From positions 62,001 through 126,000 of the forward strand of contig PPNB01000018.1 in the NCBI GenBank assembly GCA_003707115.1: a stretch of 64,000 nt of DNA. Direction: 5' to 3'. Positions 22,540 to 33,260 of the stretch are shown piece by piece. How positions within the stretch are numbered: the stretch's first letter is position 1; every line of letters begins with the position of its first letter. Source of the DNA: Tortispora ganteri. Taxonomy: Eukaryota. The notes beneath the pieces are model-generated. The model had not been told where the DNA came from and searched no databases. It was given only the letters and a program-made list of their open reading frames with translations. The position numbers and the translations under genes were made by a program.

Positions 22540-25500
22540 ATGGAACAGACCAACAAACCTCATAGAAAGACGAAAGATAAGAAAAAGGCGCAGTCATCGG
22601 GCCATAATCCGAAAGCATTTGCTTTCTCGGGGCCGGGTAAACTGCGCAAACAGGCTCAGAGATCACACGATGTCAAGGAACGCAAATTTCATGTACCTGT
22701 AATTGACAGAACACCTGACGAACCGCCGCCTATTGTTGTTGTTGTTGCTGGACCACCAGGTACCGGTAAAACGACATTGATACGTAGTTTGGTTAGGCGA
22801 TACACTAAGAACTCATTAACAGAAGTGAATGGACCTGTGACTGTTGTCGCGGGCAAGCGACGTCGTATCACTTTCTTCGAGTGCGGTAACGACCTTAACT
22901 CGATGATCGATCTTGCAAAAATTGCTGATCTCGTGCTTTTAATGATTGATGGAAATTATGGATTTGAAATGGAGACTATGGAACTACTAAATATTTTATC
23001 ATCGCACGAATTCCCGCGTATCCTCGGTATTACTACGCACCTTGATCTGTTCAAGAAACAATCAACTCTCCGTGATTCTAAAAAGAAACTCAAAAGACGC
23101 TTTTGGACTGAAGTTTACCAGGGTGCAAAACTATTCTACCTGTCTGGAGTTATTAACGGACGGTACCCTGACCGCGAAATCTTGAATTTGAGTAGGTTCA
23201 TATCTGTTATGAAGTTCCGCCCGCTGAAATGGCGTAACGAGCACTTCTACATGCTTGCTGACCGAATGGTCGATCTTACACACCCTGCAGAAATAGAAAA
23301 TAACCCCAATGTTGACCGCCAGATTGCATTGTACGGCTATGTCCGCGGTACAGCCATCCCGGCTACGGGCGCTAAAGTCCATATTCCAGGTGTAGGTGAC
23401 ACCACAATCGTTGAGATCGAAGCAAACGCTGATCCATGCCCGACACCGTACTTTGAGAAATTGCAGGCAGATGCAGGTAAAGCTAAACGTCGTACGCGTC
23501 TTGACGAGAAACAGAAACTCATCTACGCGCCAATGAGCGATGTAGGCGGCGTGCTCGTCGATAAAGATGCCGTGTATATTGACGTGCCTACTAATTCTTT
23601 TTCGGAAGACCATGCAACGGGGATTGGCGAACAGATGGTTGTGGACCTCCAGAAGTCCACAGAAAAGCTGGACAGTGGTCTTTCTACGGCACAATTCCAG
23701 CTTTTTTCGGATAGCATCCCAAAATCCATAGAAAGCCTCGAGCCTTCTGAATCTGAGTCTGATTTTGACGATGAATTAAGCGATGAATTAGGTAATACAG
23801 ATTTATTGCTTTCTCAAGACAATGGCCGTACAAAGCTTCGCAAGGCCAATTTGTCTGACGGCAGTTCTCGTATCGAGGAGCTGGACGATGCCGAATACGA
23901 TGCCAAATCCGACGAACTTGAAGGTGCCGATGAAATTGACGAGATTCAGTACTTCACCGACCCTGAAAACGAGTCTGATACCGATGCAGATCTTAAATGG
24001 AAATCAAATCTTGCTGAGAAGGCTCAAACCCAGTTTCTGAATCAATCTAAGCCGAAAACATTAGTCAAGCTCATTTACGACACTGACTATCCAGCCGATA
24101 TAGTTGTAAAACGTTGGCACAGCCCTGAAATAGAGGAAGACGAAGAAGCTGAATCGGATGATGACGACGATATATTCATGAAGAAAAAGAGCAGTAATAT
24201 TCTTGAAACGGACGATACTAATATTGACAAGTCGCGTCCTGAATATCCTGATCTGTCAAATTGGCAATCGATATTCTCTCGAATTGCCACTAGATTCCTC
24301 ACGGGTAAGCTTAAGGATGGTAATGACAGCGATAATGGTTCAGACGAAGAGCTGGACGCTGATTTTGAGGATTTAGAAGCTAATGAGGATGAAGCAAAAA
24401 ACAGTGAATCCGAAGAGGGCCGCGACGATGATGGTGAAACCGATGAAGGCGAGACCGATGAAGGCGAGACCGATGAAGGCGAGACCGATGACGTTGAAAG
24501 CGAAGACGACGACACGAAAACCACTGAAGAAGATATAGAAACTCTGAGAGAAAAGAATGCACGAAAGAAGGAACTGCTCAAACTGAAATTTGAAGAAGAA
24601 GAAGACGTTTTTGGAGTTGATGAATTTGGTGACGAGAATGAGACTTACGATACATGGCACGATGCGCAAAAAGCGAAAATTGCTAAACAACTGGAGATCA
24701 ATAAAGCAGAATTAGAAGATTTGGATGACGATATGCGCGCTAGATTACAGGGGTACACTGCCGGAATGTATGTGCGTATAGTACTGCACCATATTCCATG
24801 TGAGTTTTGCAAGTACTTTGATCCTAAATTTCCTGTTATTGTTGGCGGTCTGACGATGAATGAGGAAAAGTTTGGATTTCTGCAAGCACGATTGAAACGT
24901 CATCGTTGGCATAAGAAGATCTTAAAGACTAACGATCCACTTATTATTAGTTTAGGCTGGCGAAGGTTCCAGACGTTGCCAATTTATACTACTTCCGATT
25001 CGCGAACTAGAAACAGGATGTTGAAATATACGCCAGAACATATGCACTGTTTTGCAAACTTTTATGGCCCGTTAGTGTCACCGAATACTGGATTTTGTGC
25101 AGTACAGTCAGTATCGAAAGAGAACATGACAGGATCGTTTCGTATTGCGGCAACTGGTGTGGTTCTGCAAGTAGATTGTGATATTCCTGTTGTGAAGAAA
25201 CTAAAACTGGTGGGCTCTCCGTACAAGGTGTACAAAAAGACGGCTTTTATTAAGGACATGTTCAATTCGGCACTAGAAGTTGCGAAATTCGAAGGCGCAC
25301 CCATCAAAACTGTTTCAGGTATTCGCGGTCAAGTGAAACGCGCTCTGAGCAAACCTGAAGGATGTTTCCGCGCAACTTTTGAGGACAAGATCATTATGAG
25401 CGATATTGTAATTCTGCGTGCGTATTATACGATCCACCCGCGGAAGTACTGCAACCCTGTGACATCTTTACTGCTTGAAGACAAGCTAAATTGGAAAGGT

Positions 25501-25953
25501 ATGCGACGGACAGGCGAGGTACGGGTACAGGAGCAAATTGTGACGCCGCAGAATGAGGATTCGCGATACAAGAAGATTGAACGCTCTGAGCGGAAGTTCA
25601 ACCCGCTACGCGTACCTAAGGCATTGCAGGCTAATCTACCTTTCAAATCGCAGATCCATGCGATGAGACCGAAGAAACACGAGTCGTACTTAGAACGACG
25701 GGCTGTTGTTGTAGACACCGAGGAGCAAAAAGCGCGACAGCTGATGCAGGAACTGATGACGCTACGCAATGAGAAGTCGGCAATTCGTCAGAAGAAGGCT
25801 GAAGAGAAACGCAAGGAATATTTCAAGCAGGTGAATAAACGCGAGCAGTTACGTGCAGAGAAGCAGCGGGAAAGAAAGAAAGAATATTTTGCCGAACATG
25901 GAAAACGTATGCATACGGGCGATCAGTCGAGCAAGAAGCGCGCCCGCCATTGA
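22540..25953 (+). CDS. BMS1: 40S ribosome biogenesis GTPase
   Basis: HNPKAFA, GPPGTGKTTLIRSL, RFWTEVYQGAKLFYLSG, acidic middle, RMLKYTPEHMHC. Confidence 0.97.
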   Translation: MEQTNKPHRKTKDKKKAQSSGHNPKAFAFSGPGKLRKQAQRSHDVKERKFHVPVIDRTPDEPPPIVVVVAGPPGTGKTTLIRSLVRRYTKNSLTEVNGPVTVVAGKRRRITFFECGNDLNSMIDLAKIADLVLLMIDGNYGFEMETMELLNILSSHEFPRILGITTHLDLFKKQSTLRDSKKKLKRRFWTEVYQGAKLFYLSGVINGRYPDREILNLSRFISVMKFRPLKWRNEHFYMLADRMVDLTHPAEIENNPNVDRQIALYGYVRGTAIPATGAKVHIPGVGDTTIVEIEANADPCPTPYFEKLQADAGKAKRRTRLDEKQKLIYAPMSDVGGVLVDKDAVYIDVPTNSFSEDHATGIGEQMVVDLQKSTEKLDSGLSTAQFQLFSDSIPKSIESLEPSESESDFDDELSDELGNTDLLLSQDNGRTKLRKANLSDGSSRIEELDDAEYDAKSDELEGADEIDEIQYFTDPENESDTDADLKWKSNLAEKAQTQFLNQSKPKTLVKLIYDTDYPADIVVKRWHSPEIEEDEEAESDDDDDIFMKKKSSNILETDDTNIDKSRPEYPDLSNWQSIFSRIATRFLTGKLKDGNDSDNGSDEELDADFEDLEANEDEAKNSESEEGRDDDGETDEGETDEGETDEGETDDVESEDDDTKTTEEDIETLREKNARKKELLKLKFEEEEDVFGVDEFGDENETYDTWHDAQKAKIAKQLEINKAELEDLDDDMRARLQGYTAGMYVRIVLHHIPCEFCKYFDPKFPVIVGGLTMNEEKFGFLQARLKRHRWHKKILKTNDPLIISLGWRRFQTLPIYTTSDSRTRNRMLKYTPEHMHCFANFYGPLVSPNTGFCAVQSVSKENMTGSFRIAATGVVLQVDCDIPVVKKLKLVGSPYKVYKKTAFIKDMFNSALEVAKFEGAPIKTVSGIRGQVKRALSKPEGCFRATFEDKIIMSDIVILRAYYTIHPRKYCNPVTSLLLEDKLNWKGMRRTGEVRVQEQIVTPQNEDSRYKKIERSERKFNPLRVPKALQANLPFKSQIHAMRPKKHESYLERRAVVVDTEEQKARQLMQELMTLRNEKSAIRQKKAEEKRKEYFKQVNKREQLRAEKQRERKKEYFAEHGKRMHTGDQSSKKRARH
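24433..24492 (+). repeat. Coding 15-bp minisatellite (GETDE) x ~4 in the BMS1 acidic region
   Basis: GAAACCGATGAAGGC, GAGACCGATGAAGGC x2, GAGACCGATGAC. Confidence 0.9.
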
Positions 25954-26013
25954 TTGGCGATCTCTCAGCCGCACGTCACTTACATTTCGATAATAACATT
26001 ACGAAGCTACGAC

Positions 26014-27000
26014 ATGAACTGTAGGTAAATAACAGCTTATTATAAGACTGGCTAACTAAAATTACAGATATTCTTACATGTATTTTTACAATAATTATAC
26101 CATTTATTATGGCAATTGTGGCGTTAAACACCCATATAGCTAGACGGCGTGTTGCCAGCAGATTCAACATCTCTGATGGTTCGATTGTTGTAATCACGGG
26201 CGCGAACCGTGGACTAGGTAAAGAACTTGCAAAATTATTTATTAATGACGGTTTTGTTGTGGTCAATCTTGCTAGAGAGAAAGCCACTTATATTCACGAG
26301 AAACTAGTCAATGTTACATGCGACGTATCCAAATACGATCAAGTACGACAAGCTGCAAAATATATTACTGAGAATGTAAGTTTATTGTGATATTTGTGAT
26401 TGGTTTGTTTTACTAACATTCTAGATTGGTATACCAAATATTCTAGTGAACAACGCTGGTGTGGCTCATTTCGACAGTATTGACAACATGTCAATAGACG
26501 CCATTGAAGAGACGATCGACGTCAATTTACGCGCTCATTTCTATACTACGAAGACTTTCTTTGGCGGTATGAAAACTTTAGATAAACGCTGCTGGATCGT
26601 CACTGTTTCTTCAGCTCTCGGATACTTGAGTCCAGCGTTCCTCGCAGCCTATGGCGCCTCTAAAGCTGGCGCCGTTGCTTTCCACGAATCTTTGACCAAC
26701 GAGATAAGGTACACTAACCAAAACCACAAAATTTCGACTCTGCTAGTAACGCCCGGACAGCTCGACACGCAGATGTTCAAACATGTTACTGCTAATAAAC
26801 TCTTCGCTCCTGTCGTCACAAAGGAGCAAGCCGCAAAAGCAATTTACTACTCCATGCAAGAAGGTGCCTGTCATTGCTCATTACCCTTCTATGTGCGATT
26901 TCTTCCACTTGTTCGGTGTCTACCTGACTTCGCAGCGCGATTTCTGCGCTACGCTAGTGGAATGGACCAGTCCGCCTACTATGCTGTATCGGTTCGCTAA
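26014..27000 (+). CDS. Membrane-anchored short-chain dehydrogenase/reductase; exons 26014-26020, 26068-26375, 26425-27000
   Basis: TGANRGLG cofactor motif, NNAG, catalytic YGASK; two canonical introns join the two ORF-track fragments and add a hydrophobic N-terminus (MNYILTCIFTIIIPFIMA). Confidence 0.88.
26021..26067 (+). other. Intron 1 of SDR gene (47 nt, phase 1)
   Basis: GTAGGT donor, GCTAAC branch at 26051, CAG acceptor; frame-consistent. Confidence 0.7.
26376..26424 (+). other. Intron 2 of SDR gene (49 nt, phase 0)
   Basis: GTAAGT, TACTAAC at 26411, TAG; joins ITEN|IGIPNILVNNAG. Confidence 0.92.
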
Positions 27001-27565
27001 CTCAATTCGTTCATTGTTTTGTCATATTTAGAGTTCTTCTTGATTTACCAACCATTACCAAATTCATTTGCCACAGCTTACCAGAATTGTGCACTTCGTT
27101 TAATAGCCTGATTACTGTCACTCCGTCAATGATTCACTTTAAATTGCCTCATAAATTATCCGGTCTTGTGTCTATTGGTTGGTTCACTTTAATATTGCTT
27201 AAGTAGAAATGCCGTGCTCATCGAATGTGTTGAACCTTAATATAAGGTTTTTATGATGTCCTTTTTTCCGCGCTATGTCTGCCCCTCATCCGACGGGATA
27301 TATAACGCACCTACAGTCCGACTCATTTCAGCTGATCTTTATCGCTGTTATTGTTTTTCTTTTTCAGCTGATATTTCTTCACAGTGATTGATCTAGGTTA
27401 TTAGTGCAAGTGTCTCATAATTTGCTGTTCTGTACTCTACAGTTGCTCAAAACCTAGCTGGTAAGGGAATAATCGCATCAGATTACCCTTCGAAGTAAAC
27501 TAAAACCGCTAGTTGTGATCTGAAAATATCTTGTCTTTTTAGTTATCAAACCAACAATTTAAATC

Positions 27566-28954
27566 ATGGCTGAACCAATATCAAGGACGCAAAGTTTAGT
27601 CCATTCACTGAGTCGGCTGCACTCGCAACTCTCTGAGTCAGATATCGCGTCAATTGACGAACTCGGTGCGGAATTGGCTGGCGACAATCTGACTCACACC
27701 AGATCACAGGTACCTTGTGAAAACGAAAAGAAAATCTACAACGCACCCGATGGTGGATTATGGTCATGGCTACAGGTATTGTCTTGCTTCCTGGCCTGTG
27801 CATCCAGTTGGGGTCAGGTTAACACTTTCGGTGTATTTCAATCATATTACTCATCAACTCTACTAGCAGGGAAAGTTACGGATTCCCAGGTATCCTGGAT
27901 CGGAACAATTCAAAGCTCGCTAGTCTGTCTATTGGGCATGTTCACAGGCGGTCTTTTTGACAAAGGTTATCGTTACTCACAGGCGGTTATAGGACAATTT
28001 CTCTTGCTTTTAGGTATAGCAATGACATCTATCTCGACCGAATACTACCAGCTTATTCTTGCCCAAGGTTTATGCATGGGCCTGGGCGCCGGCCTGGCGT
28101 TTTTCGCTGGACTCGGATGCGTTCAGGCTCATTTTAGCAGCCGACGGATGATAGCCACCGGTATAGCAGCCACTGGCTCATCCATGGGCGCTATTATATT
28201 TCCAATCATGCTGCATCGGCTCATACCCCTTATCGGCTTTGGCTGGTCTGTCAGGTGCCTTCTACTTATTGAAGCCGTTTTTGCGGCCATTTCTCTGTTG
28301 CTTTACAGAATTCCTAAAGAGTTCGACGAAATAGAACGCCATCCGCGCCCAATTATCGATATCAGTATATTCAAGAGCATCCCGTACGCTTGGGCTGTAT
28401 TAGGATGGTTTATTATATTTGTTGGTGGCTACGTACCGCTGTTCTACATTGAAGTTTACTGCAACACTATTCCTGGGTTTCAGTCGAACGATTTGACGCA
28501 ATATATGGTCTCTATAACTGCTGCTGGATCGATTTTAGGCCGAATTGTACCTAATTATCTTGCCGACAAGTTTGGTGGTCTCAATATGATGATCCCCGGG
28601 GCCTTGATGGCGGCTATTCTTTGTTTTGCTTGGATAGGCATTAAAAATGTCGCTGGAATGATCGTATTTGGGTTACTTTACGGTTACGCGTCCGGATCTC
28701 TGGTTTCGCTAGCAGGAACGTCCGTTTTACGGCTGGTAGATGACATGTCGCGCGTAGGTGTTGCGCTAGGAATGAATTTATTTTTTTGTGGTATTGGAGT
28801 TTTAATTGGAAGCCCTATTGCTGGCGCAATATACTCGCAATCCGGTTCATTTTTAGGATTGCAGCTGTTTGCTGCAGCATGTCTACTCTGCGGAGTCGGA
28901 TGTATGACGACAGCCAAGTTGGTATACCATCGAAAAGTGATGCATGTTGTTTAA
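27566..28954 (+). CDS. MFS monocarboxylate-permease family transporter (Mch4/Mch5-like)
   Basis: PDGGLWSWLQV, NTFGVFQSYY, SWIGTIQ, GRIVPNYLADKFG; about 12 TM segments. Confidence 0.9.
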   Translation: MAEPISRTQSLVHSLSRLHSQLSESDIASIDELGAELAGDNLTHTRSQVPCENEKKIYNAPDGGLWSWLQVLSCFLACASSWGQVNTFGVFQSYYSSTLLAGKVTDSQVSWIGTIQSSLVCLLGMFTGGLFDKGYRYSQAVIGQFLLLLGIAMTSISTEYYQLILAQGLCMGLGAGLAFFAGLGCVQAHFSSRRMIATGIAATGSSMGAIIFPIMLHRLIPLIGFGWSVRCLLLIEAVFAAISLLLYRIPKEFDEIERHPRPIIDISIFKSIPYAWAVLGWFIIFVGGYVPLFYIEVYCNTIPGFQSNDLTQYMVSITAAGSILGRIVPNYLADKFGGLNMMIPGALMAAILCFAWIGIKNVAGMIVFGLLYGYASGSLVSLAGTSVLRLVDDMSRVGVALGMNLFFCGIGVLIGSPIAGAIYSQSGSFLGLQLFAAACLLCGVGCMTTAKLVYHRKVMHVV

Positions 28955-29042
28955 CATGTAATACGTGTTAAATTTGTAAGATAACTTTATATGAAACTTA
29001 TACTATACGACTAATAAATGCCTCCCTCGTATCTTGTACCGA

Positions 29043-29622
29043 TTATAAATCCATAGTGAGGACCATCCAAGCATCGCAAGGACCAGGAGATAGCTGAAAA
29101 CCGACCCAGTAGAGGTCAGAAGCGATCACTTTGCAGTCTGGGTTATCGCTGGGCAGGCATATAGACACCTGCTCGCAGTTCAAGCACTCAGAAGCCAGAT
29201 CAAGCAAACACATCAAACCTTGCTTGAGGTTGGTTCTATGAGCAAGATCATAGAAAACGTACAAGTGGGAGTCAGCAACAAATCCTTTCCATTGCGAACC
29301 TTGATTTAAGTCCCACAAAAACATGTAAGAAACGCATGCGGATTCTTTACCAAAGAGTCTCTCACTCTCTTTAGCAAGCCCCCGCAAGGCCTGTTGCTTA
29401 ACAACAGGTCTTAAATTAATAGGAACCTCAGGCCCGCCACTCAGTCCCTGTGTCCACGGTAGTGGAATAACGGAAAGCAGAAGAATCCTTCTCAGACACA
29501 ATCACGCAGGTAGCCTGCACGGATTCCTGTTCCGGCAAATGAAACTCGCCTGCAGACTTAGGAGTGCTTAGTCCACAGGCATCGCGACTACTGCCACTAC
29601 TGGAAATATTACTTGAAATCAT
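29043..29622 (-). CDS. OAZ1: Ornithine decarboxylase antizyme; ORF1 29622-29431 joined by +1 frameshift to ORF2 29429-29043 (~192 aa)
   Basis: ORF1 ends TGG CGG GCC TGA; the +1 frame continues GAG GTT CCT into an antizyme domain (LKQGLMCLLDLASECLNC...LYWVGFQL). Confidence 0.9.
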
Positions 29623-30165
29623 ATCTCTGGGAATGTTAAAGAGCTTGAAAGCAAAAAAAAAGCAGGTGAAATTGTATGGGTAGTTGGCTAAAACGTCAAA
29701 TACTGGTAAGAGGGAAAAAAGTCAACCGGTAAAGTGGGGCAAAATATACCGCACAGGGACTCAACAATTTTGTTGCGGTTGCTATGGTGATTAAATTATT
29801 GAATGACTTCAAATCGTAGAAAGTTCTTAATCTGCAGAACGGTTCGGTACGGCGTAACTGGTTATTATTTCATTTTATGCTATAAGTAGATATTTGCAAC
29901 TTATTCGGTTTACGGCTATTTAACTGGAGCGTATCAGTAGGGGTAGGTAGAGTAAATAGTACTATAACTTTAGTGTATATATATACTTTTCCGATGCAGT
30001 TGTTTATACCGCTGCAAACAGCAGATAACTGCAATAATTTGCGAAAATGTGCGAGAATCTGTTTAATATATCATAAATGAACACACAATGTCTATGTAAA
30101 CCGCTACTCAAAATTGAGTGTTGTTGATTGATATTTTGTTTGTGATCACGTGAACAAACTCAGCA

Positions 30166-31578
30166 ATGGACACATCCTCCGTGGAGAGATCTCTGGTGTC
30201 TGGATCGCTCATATATGTCACCCAACAAGTTTTATCTAAAGGTGTAAGTTTTGCATTAAACCAATACCTTGTACGGGTATCCAATCCGGCACTTTTTGGG
30301 GATGTCGCCTCCTATGAGACGCTGTGCATGATGGTACTGTTCTTCTCGCGATACGCTGTACGGTTAGCTGCACAAAGACAGCCTTCCACGGCTGCAGGAA
30401 GATCAAATGTCGCTACTCTTGGTTGTATCAGTATTTTATTTGGCTCAGCTATATTGCTGTTTATATCACTATGGTGGCGTCATTCCTACACGGCCCTGGT
30501 CTACGATATAGCCACGTTAATTGAACTCTGCACAGAGCCGTTCTATTGCATGGCAATGTTCGACTCTAAAGACTTAGTGATCGCACGCGCTGAATTTTAT
30601 TCTCTGATTATTAAAAGTCTGGTTTCTTTATATTTCGTCAAAAGGTCTGCTTCTCCACTCTCCTTCGCGTACGGTCAAACAGCCTACGCTGCATCTCTCT
30701 TGACACTCTATGCCGTATCGGTGAAATCAGTACCTCCTCTTGCGAATCTCTCAAAAGACAACTATACCCTCCTTTTGACGCTACTTGGACAGAGCATGTT
30801 TCATTACTATCAAAGCGAGGGCGATCATCTGCTGGTGATGTCACTACCGGCTGAAGAGAGAGGAATCTTCTTTGTTGCAAGCAATTACGGTTCGCTTATC
30901 GCAAGGCTACTGTTCCTGCCCGTTGAAGAAAAAATCCGACAAGTCTTCTCACGAGCGCAACAAAGCGGCCGCGCATCTGAAATCGTGTCTCTCGCTCAGG
31001 AAGTTTTGAAATGGTACGCATACTTTGCAAGTTTTGTATTGCTCTATGCTCCGCTAATGCTGCCATTTCTTTTTTCGTTCGTTGCTGGATCATCCTGGTC
31101 GGGTATAGATCGTATTTTGCACGTGTACGGTTACTATATTTCTTTCTTAGCTCTGAACGGTGTCCTTGAGGCTATACTACAAGCCACACTCCCCGTGCAG
31201 GGCCTTCTTCGGCAGACTATTGTCTCCTTGGTCTTCAGTATACTTCACTATCTTCTGGGTACACATATGCTTAAGTATGGTGCTGAAGGGCTCATATTTG
31301 CCAATATTATAAATATGGCGCTACGTATAGCATTTGCCGCAATATTTCTAATTCGCACGCTAAATGCCGGTCCTACGAGCGTCGAATGGCGACTAAATCC
31401 CTTGTTTGTTGCCACTTATGCTATTCTTCCAAGTTCGATCAACAATATGCTCGATCTGGTCAAAATCGTGGTAACTGGCTTGACGCTTGTTGCTGCGGTC
31501 GCCGCTCTAGAACTGCACAAGCTGAGCAAGCTGAAACGACAACCAACCTCACAAAAAGGAACACCAAATAGATTATGA
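30166..31578 (+). CDS. RFT1: Man5GlcNAc2-PP-Dol translocation protein
   Basis: VLFFSRYAVRLAAQR, IELCTEPFY, SEGD, ASNYGSLIARLLFLPVEE, YISFLALNGVLEA, GLIFANIINMALRI. Confidence 0.92.
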   Translation: MDTSSVERSLVSGSLIYVTQQVLSKGVSFALNQYLVRVSNPALFGDVASYETLCMMVLFFSRYAVRLAAQRQPSTAAGRSNVATLGCISILFGSAILLFISLWWRHSYTALVYDIATLIELCTEPFYCMAMFDSKDLVIARAEFYSLIIKSLVSLYFVKRSASPLSFAYGQTAYAASLLTLYAVSVKSVPPLANLSKDNYTLLLTLLGQSMFHYYQSEGDHLLVMSLPAEERGIFFVASNYGSLIARLLFLPVEEKIRQVFSRAQQSGRASEIVSLAQEVLKWYAYFASFVLLYAPLMLPFLFSFVAGSSWSGIDRILHVYGYYISFLALNGVLEAILQATLPVQGLLRQTIVSLVFSILHYLLGTHMLKYGAEGLIFANIINMALRIAFAAIFLIRTLNAGPTSVEWRLNPLFVATYAILPSSINNMLDLVKIVVTGLTLVAAVAALELHKLSKLKRQPTSQKGTPNRL

Positions 31579-31630
31579 TTAATGTACGCACTACAATAGA
31601 TTCATGGGGAAGAGTATCGTATACCGTTAT

Positions 31631-32290
31631 CTAAGCAGAAATAGCATCAGGGAACTGACGGACGTTAGCCTCGATAGGACCACGTTTTTGAAGGAACTTA
31701 ACGTAAGCACCATCCTGCTTGACTTCACCGGCCTGGCGACGGGTGACATATTCGTCACGGTCGAGACTTGTGAAACCCCATTTTTTAGAGACAATAATCT
31801 TCTGCTGGCCAGGGAATTTGTATCGGCTGCGGCGAAGAGCTTCAATGGCGACAGCCTTATTTGAATCACGGGTACGGACAGAAATAAGGACTTGACCAAT
31901 ATCAACACGAGCGCAAGTTCCGTGAGGCTTACCCCAGGCGTTACGCATACCAGTTTGGAGACGATCGGCTCCAGCGCAGGACAACATCTTGTTGATACGC
32001 AAAACATGGAAGGGGTGGACGCGGATACGCATATGGAAAGAGTCTTTACCGGTAGTCTTGGTCATGTACTTGTTAGCGCAAATGCGAGCAGCTTCGAGAG
32101 CTTCAGAAGAGAGCTGTTCGTACTCGTTAGAGACTAAATGGATGCACAAGGGAAACTCATCGACATCAGCGCGCTTGCGACCAAGATCGTAGATTCTGAT
32201 CTTAGAGTCAGGAACACCACGGTTGTAGCGCGATTTAGGGAAGGGTTTATTCTTGCAATAACGGTAGCAACGAGCTGGTCTGCGTGCCAT
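31631..32290 (-). CDS. RPL10: 60S ribosomal protein L10 (uL16)
   Basis: [37 protein letters not shown]. Confidence 0.99.
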   Translation of the reverse strand: MARRPARCYRYCKNKPFPKSRYNRGVPDSKIRIYDLGRKRADVDEFPLCIHLVSNEYEQLSSEALEAARICANKYMTKTTGKDSFHMRIRVHPFHVLRINKMLSCAGADRLQTGMRNAWGKPHGTCARVDIGQVLISVRTRDSNKAVAIEALRRSRYKFPGQQKIIVSKKWGFTSLDRDEYVTRRQAGEVKQDGAYVKFLQKRGPIEANVRQFPDAISA

Positions 32291-33260
32291 TTCTACTAAT
32301 ATGTGGTATATAGGTAAAGGTGTAGTAAGGAAAGAGAGGCAACTTGGGGGGTGGGTTTGTCGCTTACTCAGCGGTTGCTATGCCGATTAGTGCGTTTCTG
32401 CGCGTGACTGTGAAAACATTAGGGCAATTGGTATGGTTGCTATGCTTTTCAAGTAACTCTCTATATTCGTTGCTATGTACATTATCATCGTAATATATTT
32501 ACTGCAATTCTTGTCAGATGCGCAAATATTTGGCCCTTTTTTGTGCTAACAAGAGTTATACAGCTCGCCGTTGGATACCCGAGTGCATATGATTTTATTT
32601 TAAATTGTTTGAGTGTCAATTTAGTTTTATTTGAAACCCGTAGCCATGATGCAGTAGCCACTTGTCAGGGGTTGACCTTTTGACATCGAAACATGATCTG
32701 GTGATCGATCTCGCGGAAGTTGAAGCAAAAAGGAAAATTTACAGCCGCGAATGTTATGAAGTTGCAAAATTCATGCCTCAATAGTATAAGTTTTACGAAT
32801 TTAGAGCAAAACCGACTGCAATTCAGCAGTGTCAATCAACAACGATCAATCACCTTAAGTCAATCCACGCTACTAATAACAGTTTTGTATGACTCGAATC
32901 TGCCGTGGCATCATTAACTCTACACATGTGTTCTGCTAAGCCCGTTTTAGCGTAATTCATGGCTTGGACCCTGCAACTGCCAGAAGAACACTGGTGGTGT
33001 CTCTCTTCAACATATAGCACGTGATTTCATTAATAGCATATTCCTCTATACAAAACTACATGCTATTTCATGCGGCTCATTCCACTTATGAAGTTCATGC
33101 AAATACTACATGAAACGATGCATACCCATGTGACCCTCAGTTTCAAGGCAACTAGCTCTATATCTATATATTCTCTTGAAAATGTTCTCATATCACCAAG
33201 TGAATTATCCGTTATTGCTAATCCGGCTTATTCGCTACAGTTGTTTCTTATCAAAGTCTT

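Noticed and set aside
27250..27340. Possible C/D box snoRNA (ATGATG...CTGA)
   Set aside because: No terminal stem or recognisable rRNA guide; contains a TATA-like element that fits the MFS gene promoter
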